From Octopus sinensis (Eukaryota), in assembly GCF_006345805.1 (NCBI RefSeq), contig NC_043006.1, forward strand, positions 19,778,001 to 19,842,000: a DNA stretch of 64,000 nt. The letters are read 5' to 3'. The translations under genes were made by a program, and so were the position numbers. Under the pieces are notes generated by a model. That model saw only the letters and a program-made list of their open reading frames with translations, was not told the origin of the DNA and made no database searches. Shown here piece after piece: positions 50,233 through 62,171 of the stretch. Position 1 is the first letter of the stretch, and each line of letters begins with the position of its first letter.

Positions 50233-51470
50233 TAGACATGCAGGAAGTAAATAAACACCTTTAATTTTCAAAATTTCTGATCTAAGTGTCTTAATATGTT
50301 TTCAGCGGTGTAGAATTTACAATGTAATTATTCCTTTTCATTCCAGGTGCCATTATATTAAATATTTGTGAAGAGTAACCATTTCCACACACAAAAAATT
50401 CAGCAGAACTGTCAGATTTTCAAAGAGGTTGTATTGTTGGGCAATCTGAAGCTGGGCTTAGCAAGTGAAAAATTGCCGAAAATCTTTCAAATTCCTCTTG
50501 CTACTATTAATAGAATTATAGTGCAATTCAAAAGCCAAAGAAAAGAATCAACAGATTCTCATCCTGGCTGACCTGGGCCCTTGGAAAGGAAGCTTCACTG
50601 TTTGAAGACAATTGTGGAAAATGAACCTTGTTCGGAGGCTTCTGACAATGCAAAACAGCTTCAAGTTAGTCCAAGAACGTGTGTTACATATATGCATAAG
50701 TTTGGGTATCATGGACGAGCAGCTAGAAGAAAACCTCTCCTTCAACCAATTACTATCATGAAAAGAAAGAAATGGACTAAGGAGATGTCAGAAAAATCCA
50801 GTTCATTTTGGGATAGAATAATTTTCTCAGATGAATCCAGATTTGCATTATTTTCAGACAGTGGACATGTTTGGGTCTGGAGGCTTCCCAATCAAGAATT
50901 TGATTTGACACGACTCCAACCAACTGTGAAACATGGCAGTATGACTGTAATGGTATGGGGAGCTGTCACCAGCAATGGTCGTTCTGAGCTAATCGAATGC
51001 GTTGGAACCATAAACTCTGAAAAATACATCGAAATACTTAAGCAAGGACTACTTCCGGTGTATTCACACGATAACATAATTAAAAATGAGTTTTTATTCA
51101 TGGAAGATGGTTGACTGAAAATGGGATCAAAAAGCTTCACTGGGCGAGCCAATCTCCTGACATGAACCAAACTGAAAATCTTTGGAGCATATTAGATAGA
51201 GCTATACAAAAAACTTGACAGAATCCTAAATCTAAAGATGAATTGTTTCAATTGTTGCATGAAAAGTGGGCAGAAATTCCACAAGAGACAATCATAAAAC
51301 TCATCAGTTCAATTCCAAAAAGAGTTTCTAAATTAAAACCTGCAAAGGGAATGTCAACTAAATACTAAAGAATGTAGTCCTACCTATCAATTACGTTTCA
51401 ATTGTTCGCTTTGTGTATTAAGTGAAAGATTTTGAAAATTAAAGGTGTCTATTTACTTCCTGCATGTCTG
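50233..51470 (+). mobile_element. Tc1-family transposon with inactive transposase
   Basis: ~42-bp TIRs (c/t)agacatgcaggaagtaaata(a/g)acacctttaattttcaaaat. Transposase motifs [40 protein letters not shown]; has frameshifts, stops and a deletion after FMEDG. Confidence 0.92.
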
Positions 51471-51527
51471 TGAGTATGTGATGATGATGATATACATATA
51501 CATATATACCCATAAAGATATATACAC

Positions 51528-52460
51528 CATCATCATCATTTAATGTCCACTTTCCATGCTGGCATGGTTTAGATGGTTTGACTGGAGACTGGCAAACCAG
51601 GAGGCCTCACCAGGCTGCAATCTCATCTGGCAATGTTTCTACAGCTGGATACCCTTCGTAATACCAACCACCCCAAGAATGTAGTGGGTTGTTTTTATGT
51701 GCCACCAGTATGGGAGCCAGTCAGGTGGCACTGGCATCGGCCACAATTACAATTTCCATTTTTGATTGTGATTTGATTTTTTATTTTACTTGACACAATA
51801 GGTCTCCTTAAGTACAGTATGTTGTCCGATGATTCAAAGGTACTTTTTAAATGGGCTAGTTATGAAACACTGATATAGGCTACAGCTGTGATCTCACTTT
51901 ACTGGCTGAGTCTTCTCAATCACAGCATATCTCCAGAGGTCTCGGTCTCCTGTCATCACCTCTGTGTGGCCCAGCGTTTGAAGGTCATGCTTCACCACCT
52001 CATCCCATGTATTCTTGGGTCTTCTTCCACAAGTTCCTTCCACTATTCTCCTCATCCATATGCAGCTCATGACCATACTAGAGCAGACATCTCACTTGCA
52101 CACTATATTTGATGCTTCTTATGTTCAACTTTTCTCTCAGGGCACTTACTCTGTGTCTTGTATGCACACTGACATTACACATCCAGCGGATCATACTAGC
52201 TTCATTTCTTTCAAGACTACGCATGTCTTCAGCAGTCATAGCCAATGTTTCACTGCAATTTAGCATGGCAGTTTGCACACATGCGTCATACAGTCTACCT
52301 TTCACTCTAAGCGAGAGGCCCTTTGTCACCAGTAGAGGAAAGAGCTTTCGGAACTTTGCCCAGGCTATTCTTATTCTAGTGGCAATGCTGTCCGAGCATC
52401 CACCCTCAATACAGTCTTGGTTACCTCGGTAGCAGAAGCTATCAACTACTAGTTTCTTCC
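51528..52460 (-). mobile_element. RTE LINE fragment (ORF2 C-terminus plus 3' UTR)
   Basis: TKGLSLRVKGRLYDACVQTAMLNCSETLAMTAEDMRSLERNEASMIRWMC...GRRPKNTWDEVVKHDL. Confidence 0.9.
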
Positions 52461-52504
52461 CCTGGAATTTTATATATATATATATATATATTTTTTTTTT
52501 TTTT

Positions 52505-52825
52505 AAAGACTCCGCCGGTTACGACGACGAGGGTCCCAGCTGATACGATCAACAGAACAGCTTGCTCGTGAAATTAACGTGCAAATGGCTGAGCATTCCA
52601 CAGACACGTGTACCCTTAACGTAGTTCTCGGGGATAATCAGCGTGACACAGAGAGTGACAAGGCTGACCCTTTGAAATACAAGTACAACTCATTTTTGCC
52701 AGCTGAGTGGACTGGAGCAACGTGAAATAAAGTGTCTTGCTCAAGGACACAACGCGTCGCCGGGAATCAAACTCACAACCTTACGATCATGAGCCGAATG
52801 CCCTAACCACTAAGCCACGCGCCCT

Positions 52826-52828
<3 letters not shown>
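52505..52828 (-). mobile_element. SINE with S3-type head and S4-type tail
   Basis: Head and V-like core match 32463; tail matches 35085-35240. Confidence 0.85.
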
Positions 52829-52884
<56 letters not shown>

Positions 52885-53179
52885 CACACACACATACATA
52901 TATATACACATACATACATACATATATATACACATACATATATATATATACATATACACATACACATATATATATACACACTACACACACACACATATAT
53001 ATACACACATACATACACATGCATACATATATATATACACACACACATACACATGCATACATATATATATATATTACATATATACATACATGTATACATA
53101 TATACATATAGATATATACATACATATACATATACACATAGATTTATACAGATATATATATACCTGTACATATAGAAAC

Positions 53180-53210
<31 letters not shown>

Positions 53211-53360
53211 CATATATATATATGTAGACATATACATGTACATATATACATACATACATTTATATACATACATATATATACTTACATTTATATGCATACA
53301 TATATATACATACATATATATATACATATACATACATACATATATATATATGTTGGTATG
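52829..53360. repeat. Compound (TA)n/(CA)n microsatellite
   Basis: Directly visible. Confidence 0.95.
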
Positions 53361-53544
53361 TATATGCATGTGTGAATGTTTGTCAGATTGCAGTGTTAAC
53401 AATAAGTGAAAAGCGTGCACAAGCAAATGTTACATTAAAATATTTAGTGTTTTGTGCAAACAGTTTTTATGATTTTATAAAAGAAACTTTTGAATAATAC
53501 AATTATAAGAGCAGAGTTGAAGGAAAGCAGTGAGGGCATATCAA

Positions 53545-53577
<33 letters not shown>

Positions 53578-53915
53578 TTTCTCTCCATGTTCAAACCTGG
53601 CATGGGTTGTATGGTTTGACAGGCCCCACTGGACCAAGCACTGCATTGTGCTCCAGAGTGCTTTGACAAGGTTCCTATGTACGGATGCCCTTCCTAAACA
53701 TGGACTTGTTGCTATTTTCATGGTACAAACACTAGTAAGGTTGCCAGCACAAACAAAGTCACATAGTACAGAGTGTATATAAATGTGTACTTACATGTAT
53801 ATGTGTGTGTGTGTATTTGTGTGTGCGCATGTGTGTATATATTGGATGGATGGTGATATATATATAACATATATGTAAGCATGTAAATACATAGATGTAT
53901 GTGTGTGTGTGTTGA

Positions 53916-53947
<32 letters not shown>

Positions 53948-54776
53948 AATATTTGGGAGTTTATGCATTTAAGTTGTTGACCTGAGGAGTGACTATACTT
54001 TTAAATTGAATTGTTATTGGATCAATTAAATTTAAATTTTGTATTACTTCTGTCACTAATAAATATCCTTTTTAAAAAAAAGGCAAGTATAAGAGGGGAT
54101 GCAATGAGAACTGATATATAAACATGAAACAGCTCAATCAATAACAGGTTATTGAACTCTAATACATTGCAACAAATGATCTTTAAGAGCAATATATTCA
54201 GCATAAAAGCTATCCTATTGTTCTTCTCTTTCTTTCTCTCTCATATTCATCTTGTACTTTTACCTCATCTCTCTCCAGATGGAGAAGCCAGCTGTTCACC
54301 TCTTCAACAAGACACATGCTCCTATCTCTCTATCATAGTTTCATATCCCTCAATTCTATACTCCATTCAGTTGACACATCTTGTCTTGTGGGTACTTGGT
54401 GCCATCACTGGCACTGATGCCACAGCACACTCTGTGAAGTGGCTGGCATAAGGAAAGGTATTCATTTGTAGAAATTAAACTGAAGTAAGCATTGAAGTTA
54501 GGTGCAACCCTCTGGCTCATCAGTTCATGTCTAACTGCCCAAACCATGCCAGCATGGAAAAAGTGATATCAAATGATGAGTGTGTGTGTGTGTGTATGTG
54601 TGTGTGTATAATATAATATATATATATCTATAAAATTATAACTTAGGGTATCTACGAGATACCGCCATGCTGAAAATAGCAGCCAGGATCTGACTCTAAG
54701 GCCATATTAAGTGATCATATAGCAAAAGGAGAGAAGACAAAAAGACAAAATAAAACTAGTAAAAAATTACTGGATA

Positions 54777-54835
54777 ATTCCAGATCCTGGATTTCTGGCT
54801 TTGCATTTAGAAATACTTTGCCTCATCAGTGAAAT
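54777..54835 (-). ncRNA. Type I hammerhead ribozyme motif (PLE-type)
   Basis: Stem I AUUUCA/UGGAAU (6 bp), CUGAUGA, stem II GGC...GCC with an inner stem, one extra A, GAAA, stem III AUC-CAG-GAU, AUC cleavage triplet. Confidence 0.65.
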
Positions 54836-55327
54836 ATATGCAGAGAGAAACATAAATACATATATATATACATACAACATACGAATACTTACATATACGA
54901 ATGTATACATACATATATATGCATGTATGCAACATGGCCAGTTTAAAATGGCCGCTTCTTAATTCCATGTGCGATATGGTTAAAACATCACCGCAGTATA
55001 TACAATGACGAAATAAATTTATATATATATATATATAGTTACCTATCTATGTGTATGTGCTTGAGAATGTATGTATATATATGTCTATGTATGTATGTAT
55101 GTATGTCTTTACAAATACTTCCAGAAATATTTCGCTTTTAATACGTTAACAACTGACAGTGATTTGATATGCAATTGCTGGTACTCTGGTGCATTCACAA
55201 AGAAATTACTTCTAGTAAGCTGGATGGGAGAGAACACATATTTATATTAGCAGCTATTGCAGCAGGAGCAAAAAAAAGCAAGGGTGAGTGCTTTTGCTTT
55301 AATTCCTGTTCCCTAAAAAACCCTCAC

Positions 55328-55429
55328 CTTATTATTTAGTTTTGTGGGCTTCTCTGGACCCAGACAGCACCCCCAATATTGCAGAGAACAAATGAAACCA
55401 AGGTTTGACAGATATTGAGACGGCTTGAT
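55328..55429 (-). CDS. Probable upstream coding exon (102 nt, phase 0 to 0) of the same gene
   Basis: Acceptor ctttttatttcag and donor AAG|gtgagg. Only phase 0 is open: IKPSQYLSNLGFICSLQYWGCCLGPEKPTKLNNK. It has no Met, so more upstream exons are needed. Confidence 0.65.
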
Positions 55430-55910
55430 CTGAAATAAAAAGTGTTTAACCACAGGTATGTTCTATCATTGAGTGAAAGACAATCAAATAGGTTTTAGAG
55501 TAAGTGGAGCACAACTTATAAAACAAACAGTGTATTTATGATTGGGACTGTGATGGGTGGAACTTTCGAAATATGGATTGGAATAAAGCATCTTCATACA
55601 AGAAATGCAGATTGAAAGTATCTTTGATTTCTAACTTCTAAAGGGAAAGTAATACAAAAGTAGCAATTCAGTACAATATATAAGGATTCACTGGACTATA
55701 TGTATATGCGTGTGTGAGTGTGAATGTCTGTCTGTGTAGATATACATACGTTTAGAAATTAACTAACCATGACGTTTTCCTCACTCAAATTGTGGAGAGG
55801 TTAAGTCCTTCCAACCATTTGAGTCTGACAAGTTGCTTGTATGGCTAAGCATTTTATAGATGTAAAACCAATGGTTACTCTCTGACCAGGAACAACAAAC
55901 AACCTTTTAA

Positions 55911-55947
<37 letters not shown>

Positions 55948-56491
55948 ATATATATCGATCAACATCAATGGAAATTGTAGCTGTGATACCAGCGCTGGTG
56001 GCACATAAGAAAACCATCCGAACGTGGCTGTTGCCAGCACTGCCCTGGCTGGCCTCCGTGCTGGTGGCACGTAAAAAGCACCATCCGATCGTGGCCGTTG
56101 CCAGCCCCACCTGGCCTCCATGCCGGTGGTACGTAAAAAGCACCATCCGATCATGGCCATTGCAAGCCTCACCTGGCCTCTGTGCCGGTGGCACATAAAA
56201 AGCACCATCCGTTCGTGGCCATTGCCAGCCTCGCCTGGCCTTCATGCTGGTGGCACATAAAAAGCACCATCCAATCGTGGCCGTTTGCCAGCCTCGTCTG
56301 GCACCTGTGCCGGTGGCACGTAAAAAGCACCCACTACACTCACAGAGTGGTTGGCATTAGGAAGGGCATCCAGCCGTAGAAACATTGCCAGATCAGACTG
56401 GGCCTGGTGCAGCCTTCTGGCTTCCCAGACCCCAGTTGAACCGTCCAACCCATGCTAGCATGGAAAGCGGACGCTAAACGATGATGATGAT
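55948..56491 (+). mobile_element. RTE 3' UTR copy with about 6 tandem units
   Basis: Family tail ending in (GAT)4. Confidence 0.9.
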
Positions 56492-57830
56492 ATCATCATC
56501 ATCATCATCATCATCGTTTAGCGTCCGCTTTCCATGCTAGCATGGGTTGGACGGGTCAACTGGGGTCTGTGAAGCTGGAAGGCTTCGTCAGGCCCAGTCA
56601 GATCTGGCAGTGTTTCTACGGCTGGATGCCCTTCCTAACGCCAACCACTCCGCGAGTGTAGTGGGTGTTTTTTACGTGCCACCTGCACAGGTGCCAGATA
56701 GAGCTGGCGAACGGCCACGAACGGATGGTGCTTTTACGTGTCACCGGCACGGGGCCAGGCGATGCTGGCAACGGACACGAACGGATGGTGCTTTTACGTG
56801 CCACCGACACGGGGCCAGACAGAGCTGGCAACCGGCCACGAACGGACGGTGCTTTTACGTGTCACCGGCACGGGGGCCAGCCGATGCTGGCAACGGACGC
56901 GAACGGATGGTGCTTTTACGTGCCACCGACACGGTTGCCAGACAGAGCTGGCAAACGGCCACGAGCGGACGGTGCTTTTACGTGTCACCGGCACGGGGGC
57001 CAGCCGAGGCTGGCAACGGACACGGACGGATGGTGCTTTTACATGCCACCGACACGGGGCCAGACAGAGCTGGCAAACGGCCACGAACGGATGGTGCTTT
57101 TACGTGCCACCGACACGGGGCCAGACAGAGCTGGCAAACGGACACGAACGGACGGTGCTTTTATGTGTCACCGGCACGGGGCCAGGCGAGGCTGGCAACG
57201 AACACGAACGGATGGTGCTTTTACGTGCCACCGACACGGGGCCAGGCAGAGCTGGCAAACGGCCATGAGCGAATGGTGCTTTTACGTATCACCGGCACGG
57301 GTGCCAGACGAGGCTGACAGCGGACATGAACAGATGGGTCACTTAACCCCTGCTTTCTGATATATGATTTGATTTTGATTGTTCTCACTGGTCTTGCCGG
57401 GTCTTCTCACGCACAGCATACTTCCATAGGTCTCGGTCTCTGATCATTTCCTTGGTGAGACCTAGAGTTCGAAGGTCGTGCTTCACCACCTCAACCCAGG
57501 TTTTCCTGGGTCTACCTCTTCCACAGGTCCCCTCAACTGCCAGGGTGTGGCACTTTTTCACACACCTATCTTCATCCATTCTCACCACATGACCATACCA
57601 GCACAAGCATCTCTCTTGCACACAACATCTGATTCTTCTTAGGTCCAACTTTTCTCTCAAGGTACTTACACTCTGTCGACTATGAACACTGACATTACAC
57701 ATCCAACGGAGCATACTAGCTTCATTTCTCGCGAGCTTACGCATGTCCTCAGCAGTCACGGCCCATGTTTCACTGCCATGTAGCATGGCTGTTCGTACAC
57801 ATGCATCATACAGTCTGCCTTTTACAAGGG
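56492..57830 (-). mobile_element. Well-preserved 5'-truncated RTE LINE (ORF2 C-terminus 57385-57830; 3' UTR with 11 tandem ~60-nt units)
   Basis: LHGSETWAVTAEDMRKLARNEASMLRWMC...WYGHVVRMDEDRCVKKC...GRGRPRKTWVEVVKHDL is open; links the ubiquitous tail repeat to this LINE. Confidence 0.92.
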
Positions 57831-57990
57831 GCTAAACATAAAGGGGACAAACAAAGACAGACAAAGGGATTAGGTCGATTACATCGACCCTAGTGCGTAA
57901 CTGGTACTTTATTTATCGACCCCAAAAGGATGAAAGGCAAAGTTGACCTCGACGGAATTTGAACTCAGAACGTAACGGCAGACGAAATGT
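57830..57990 (-). mobile_element. SINE S2 fragment
   Basis: Near-identical to the 37360-37520 segment. Confidence 0.85.
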
Positions 57991-59526
57991 TCTAGTCTTT
58001 AAACTTTACCCTGTAATGGGGCACAGGATTTCCAGGGTTATGGGAAGTGTGGAACCACCTCTTAGCCACTATTGTTCCCAGGCCTAGTCTAACCCAGTCT
58101 AGTAGCACCTTTCAGGGTCCCATCTAAGGCTTAATTAGCATATTAGAGCTTGCCTACCTAGGCATGTGAAGATTGGATCCAACAGCCTCTGCGCAAGCAT
58201 CTTTCATGGTTCAACAGAGGAGAACATAACTACAGCAACGCATTGTAGAGTGCAAAGTGAAAGATGAGGCAAGTAAGACATCTTGGTCATCCACTGCATC
58301 AGTCTCCATCTCTAATTGTCTTGACCTGGCCTGGCCTTACCACTTGATTGAAGATGGTCATGGATGAGTGAGTGAGGTTGACGGTGTGCAACTCTTCTTC
58401 ACTTTAAACAAAGTCATCATGCATGTCATCAGTCATCCCTAACCCTGTCACATCATCATCATCATCATTGTTCGACCGTGGTCGAGACTTTCATAGTCTT
58501 TTCAAATGGCTAATAATGTGTGCGCGCACCACTACTACACACATCGGAAAGCATTGTACAACCAAGTACTAAAGAAGATCTTTCCTCCTCCATGAAACAA
58601 AACTGTTCCCGCTGGACATCAACCCAGTATTTCTAAGCTACGGACCCAGTGATTTATTGTAAGGTTATCTCCCTAGATAGATTGCCTTCACTATGGCTAA
58701 GGAGCCCTTTCTACCCCATGTCACACTGTTCCCACTAAAGCAGGAATAGACAAATTCTCAGTAAAGTGGGAGTGAGCAACACATGTAGAAAAAGAAGACA
58801 ACTTTGTAGTCAAGAGGGTTTATGACTCACTGTCAATAGTGGACCCCATAGCTGTTGCTTACTTTTGTTTTTAATCGGGAAAAAAAAACAAACCCGATTC
58901 TGCGATGAAACAAGCCTGTGAGGAACTCAATACTTCATCTTGTAAATGAACAAGGCCTAGACTCTTTGCAGTTGAAGACATTATTAACGATATATATTCT
59001 TCAGAAGTGTTTACACTTATGCCAGCAATGCAAAGGATTCAGACAATCAAACTGGTGAAAGTGATGAGGACAGTAGTGATTGTGGTAGTTGAGAGAAAGG
59101 CCCTATTATTGTTATTGTTATTCTCCTGAATTCTCTTTTTTTAATTTTATTTCTTGTGATTCTGCCCATTTTTTTAGTTTGCCCGCAATCATTTCTTTTG
59201 AGTTATTTATGCAACTATTTACGATTTTACACAGCAGCTCAGGTGGATGGCAAAGTTAAACACAGGAGCCTTGAAAATTATGGATGATTGGATTGTTCCC
59301 ATTGCTCTGATGAAGTAACATTCTTGTGTGTGTGTCTTTATGTACGTAGTTGGTCATCAACAGATTAGGACTTAATTCATTAATAGCAACCCACTGAAAA
59401 TTATAAATTGCATTATTATTAGTTTTCCTTCTTCTTTCAATTCTGTTTCCATTTTTTACTGAGTGTCTTCTCAATACCTAGAGCAAAATTATTATTACTA
59501 TTATTATCATCATCATTAGGATGATG

Positions 59527-60412
59527 CCAGCATCAGTTGTTAGTTGTCGGAGCACTGCATCCTTCAAAACTTCCATGCTTCCTGAGATTCGCCAACACTA
59601 CACTTGATTTTCTCCCCTCCATACACACACAAGTATGTATCTGACTCATACATTGTTCGCTTTCCAGACATTTCTACATTACTGCATGTACTTTATATGC
59701 ACTTTCTGACAAGTTGTGGTGCACCTGAGCACTGTAAACAATAAATTCATTTTATTTTTTATTATATCATCATTTAAGATGTCACACAATATCCTTTGTG
59801 AGCCGTTCTCCAGCTATCTATCTGCGGCTTTATATAGCTATGGTATGACCTCACCTGGAATTTGCATCAGTGGTCTGGAACCCCTATCTTGCCCAGAATA
59901 TTAATCGTCTGGAAGCCGTTCAGCGATGTGCAACCAAGAGAATACCCTCCATCAGGCATTTGCCATATTCTGAACACCTTACCTCCCTGGGCATGGACAC
60001 ATTGAAACTCCGACGTCTGGCGGCTGACTTGGCAGACACCCATAAAATTATTAACCATCTTACAAACAATAACTCTGAGCACCTTTTCAAACTCCACCTG
60101 TCTAACACCCGTGGACATGTTTACAAAGTCAGAAAACAGCAGAGCTCCCATGACTTTCAGAAACATTTTTTCACGCTGAGAGTTGCTGAAACATGGAACA
60201 GACTGCCGGCATTAGTTGTTAGTTGTCGGAGCACTGCATCCTTCAAATCTTCCATGCTTCCTGAGATTTGCCAACACTACACCTGATTTTCCCCCCTCCA
60301 TACACATGCAAGCATGTATCTGAATCATACACTGTTCACTTTCCATACATTTTTACATTACTGCATATACTTTATATGCACTTTTTGACAAGTTGTGGTG
60401 CACCTGAGCACT
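59527..60412 (+). mobile_element. CR1 LINE 3' end: a short copy (59527-59760) followed by a longer copy (59770-60412)
   Basis: VWNPYLAQNINRLEAVQRCATKRIPSIRHLPYSEHL..LGMDTLKLRRL..TRGH.YK..FFTLRVAETWNRLP is a canonical CR1 ORF2 C-terminus. Confidence 0.9.
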
Positions 60413-60420
60413 TTCTTTTT

Positions 60421-60820
60421 TTTCTTACTTGTTTCAGTCATTTTGACTGCGGCCATGCTGGAGCACCGCCTTTAATTGAGCAACTTGACCCCGGGACTTA
60501 TTCTTTGTAAGCCCAGTACTTATTCTATCGGTCTCTTTTGCCGAACCGCTAAGTGACGGGGACATAAACACAGCAGCATCCGTTGTCAAGCAATGCTAGG
60601 GGGACAAACACAGACACACAAACATACACGCACATACATATATATATACATATATACGACGGGCTTCTTTCAGTTTCCATCTACCAAATCCATTCACAAG
60701 GCTTTAGTCTGCCTGAGGCTATAGTAGAAGACACTTGCCCAAGGTGCCACGCAGTGGGACTGAACCCGGAACCATGTGGTTGGTAAACAAGCTACTTACC
60801 ACACAGCCACTCGTGTGCCT
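60421..60820 (-). mobile_element. tRNA-derived SINE S1
   Basis: Reverse copy of 24356-24748. Confidence 0.9.
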
Positions 60821-60964
60821 GTTATATCCAATATCATGATGCTGTTGACAGACGATATTACATCTGCCGGGGTTTGTACTGTCTGTCAAGTCACAAGGAC
60901 ATCAGGCAGAGAATAACTTATGCAATACACATGCAGTTCCAAGTTATTATTATTATTATTATAT

Positions 60965-61080
60965 GAAAGCGGTGAGCTGGCAGAATCATTAGCATGCTGG
61001 ACAAAATGCTTAGAGGCATTTTACCCGTCACTATGTTCTGAGTTCAAATTCCACCGAAGTCGACTTTGCCTCTCATCCTC
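60965..61080 (+). mobile_element. SINE S2 5' head fragment
   Basis: gcggtgagctggcagaatcattagc...gagttcaaattccaccgaagtcgactttgcc. Confidence 0.75.
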
Positions 61081-61371
61081 TCATTTCATTCATTAATCAA
61101 ATGAGGAAAGGCTATAGATTTCTAGTCTTCTTAGAATCTTCTAGAATGAAAGACTGGGATGGCCATGGGAAAGGGCTGAATTAATATGTAAGTTAAATAA
61201 TTACTAATTACTAAATAAATAATTGGATGAAACACGAGTAATGTTTGTGTTGTAATTCTAGTTCAGGTAAAAATGGATAAGGTTAAGAGTTGAGTATAGA
61301 AGCAGTGTGTGTGTAGGGGTCAGATGAATGAAACACTGGTGGAGTGAAGGCAGAAAGAGACTTAAGTAGAT

Positions 61372-61599
61372 TTAACCCTTTAGTGTTCAGATTATTCTGT
61401 CAAATGTGATGTTTGCTTATTTAAAATGGTTTGAATTAATCATGCATTATCTTGTAGTTTAGAGATTTCGGTGATGTGATTTTTGAGTTTTAGAACGACA
61501 TGGTAGGGCTGAGATGAAAGGTGAGATCTGGTCAGTTTCAATATATAACAGGTTAAATATTTTGGCCAGATATGGCTGGTTTGAATGCTAAAGGGTTAA
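61372..61599. mobile_element. piggyBac-type MITE, family B
   Basis: TTAA-CCCTTTAG...CTAAAGGG-TTAA. Confidence 0.85.
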
Positions 61600-61942
61600 T
61601 TGGTTTAGAGAACAGTGATGTAGTATCGATAAATCCAGTGTCGATTGTAGTAGTGGTAAAGAAAGAGGAGGAGGGCATGAGTTGGAAGATAATTGTGCTG
61701 ATGTGGGAAGAGCATAGCTAAACTAAGAGCAATCACATGGTACAAAAATAATTGAACAATGTTTAATTTAAACAGAATACAAATTAATTCTCACATTTAT
61801 GAATTTGATTTTATCAATTATCATAACAAAAAAAAAAAGGAAATTAAGTAAAAATGAAATTTATTTATGAATTACATTAATTTAGATTCAATCATAATGA
61901 ACTTAAAATAGAACATGAGTCATTTTGTATGCTTTATTTTCA

Positions 61943-62171
61943 TTAACCCTTTCATTACCAACCTGGCTGAAACCGGCTCTGGCTGTGTAGTACAAATGTC
62001 TTGTTTGAATAAGTTTTGAATTGAAATTTTCCACCAAACCTTAGTCACAATTTATGTTCCTAACACTAGCTAAATGATAACTAAGTTATTTTACTAAATT
62101 CTTTGTTATATCTAAAGTAATTGAAAGAAACACAGAGCATCTCAAAATAAATACAGTAACGAAAGGGTTAA
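61943..62171. mobile_element. piggyBac-type MITE, family A
   Basis: TTAA-CCCTTT...AAAGGG-TTAA. Confidence 0.9.

Noticed and set aside
50581-51114. 177-aa Tc1 ORF as a functional or domesticated transposase
   Set aside because: The N-terminus is frameshifted, there is an in-frame stop upstream, and a deletion removes the region after the second catalytic Asp.
56547-57360. 256-aa and 231-aa repetitive ORFs, and a CRISPR-like look of the tandem array
   Set aside because: They are antisense readings of the GC-rich RTE 3' UTR units. The whole unit is repeated with no unique spacers, there are no cas genes, and the context is eukaryotic.
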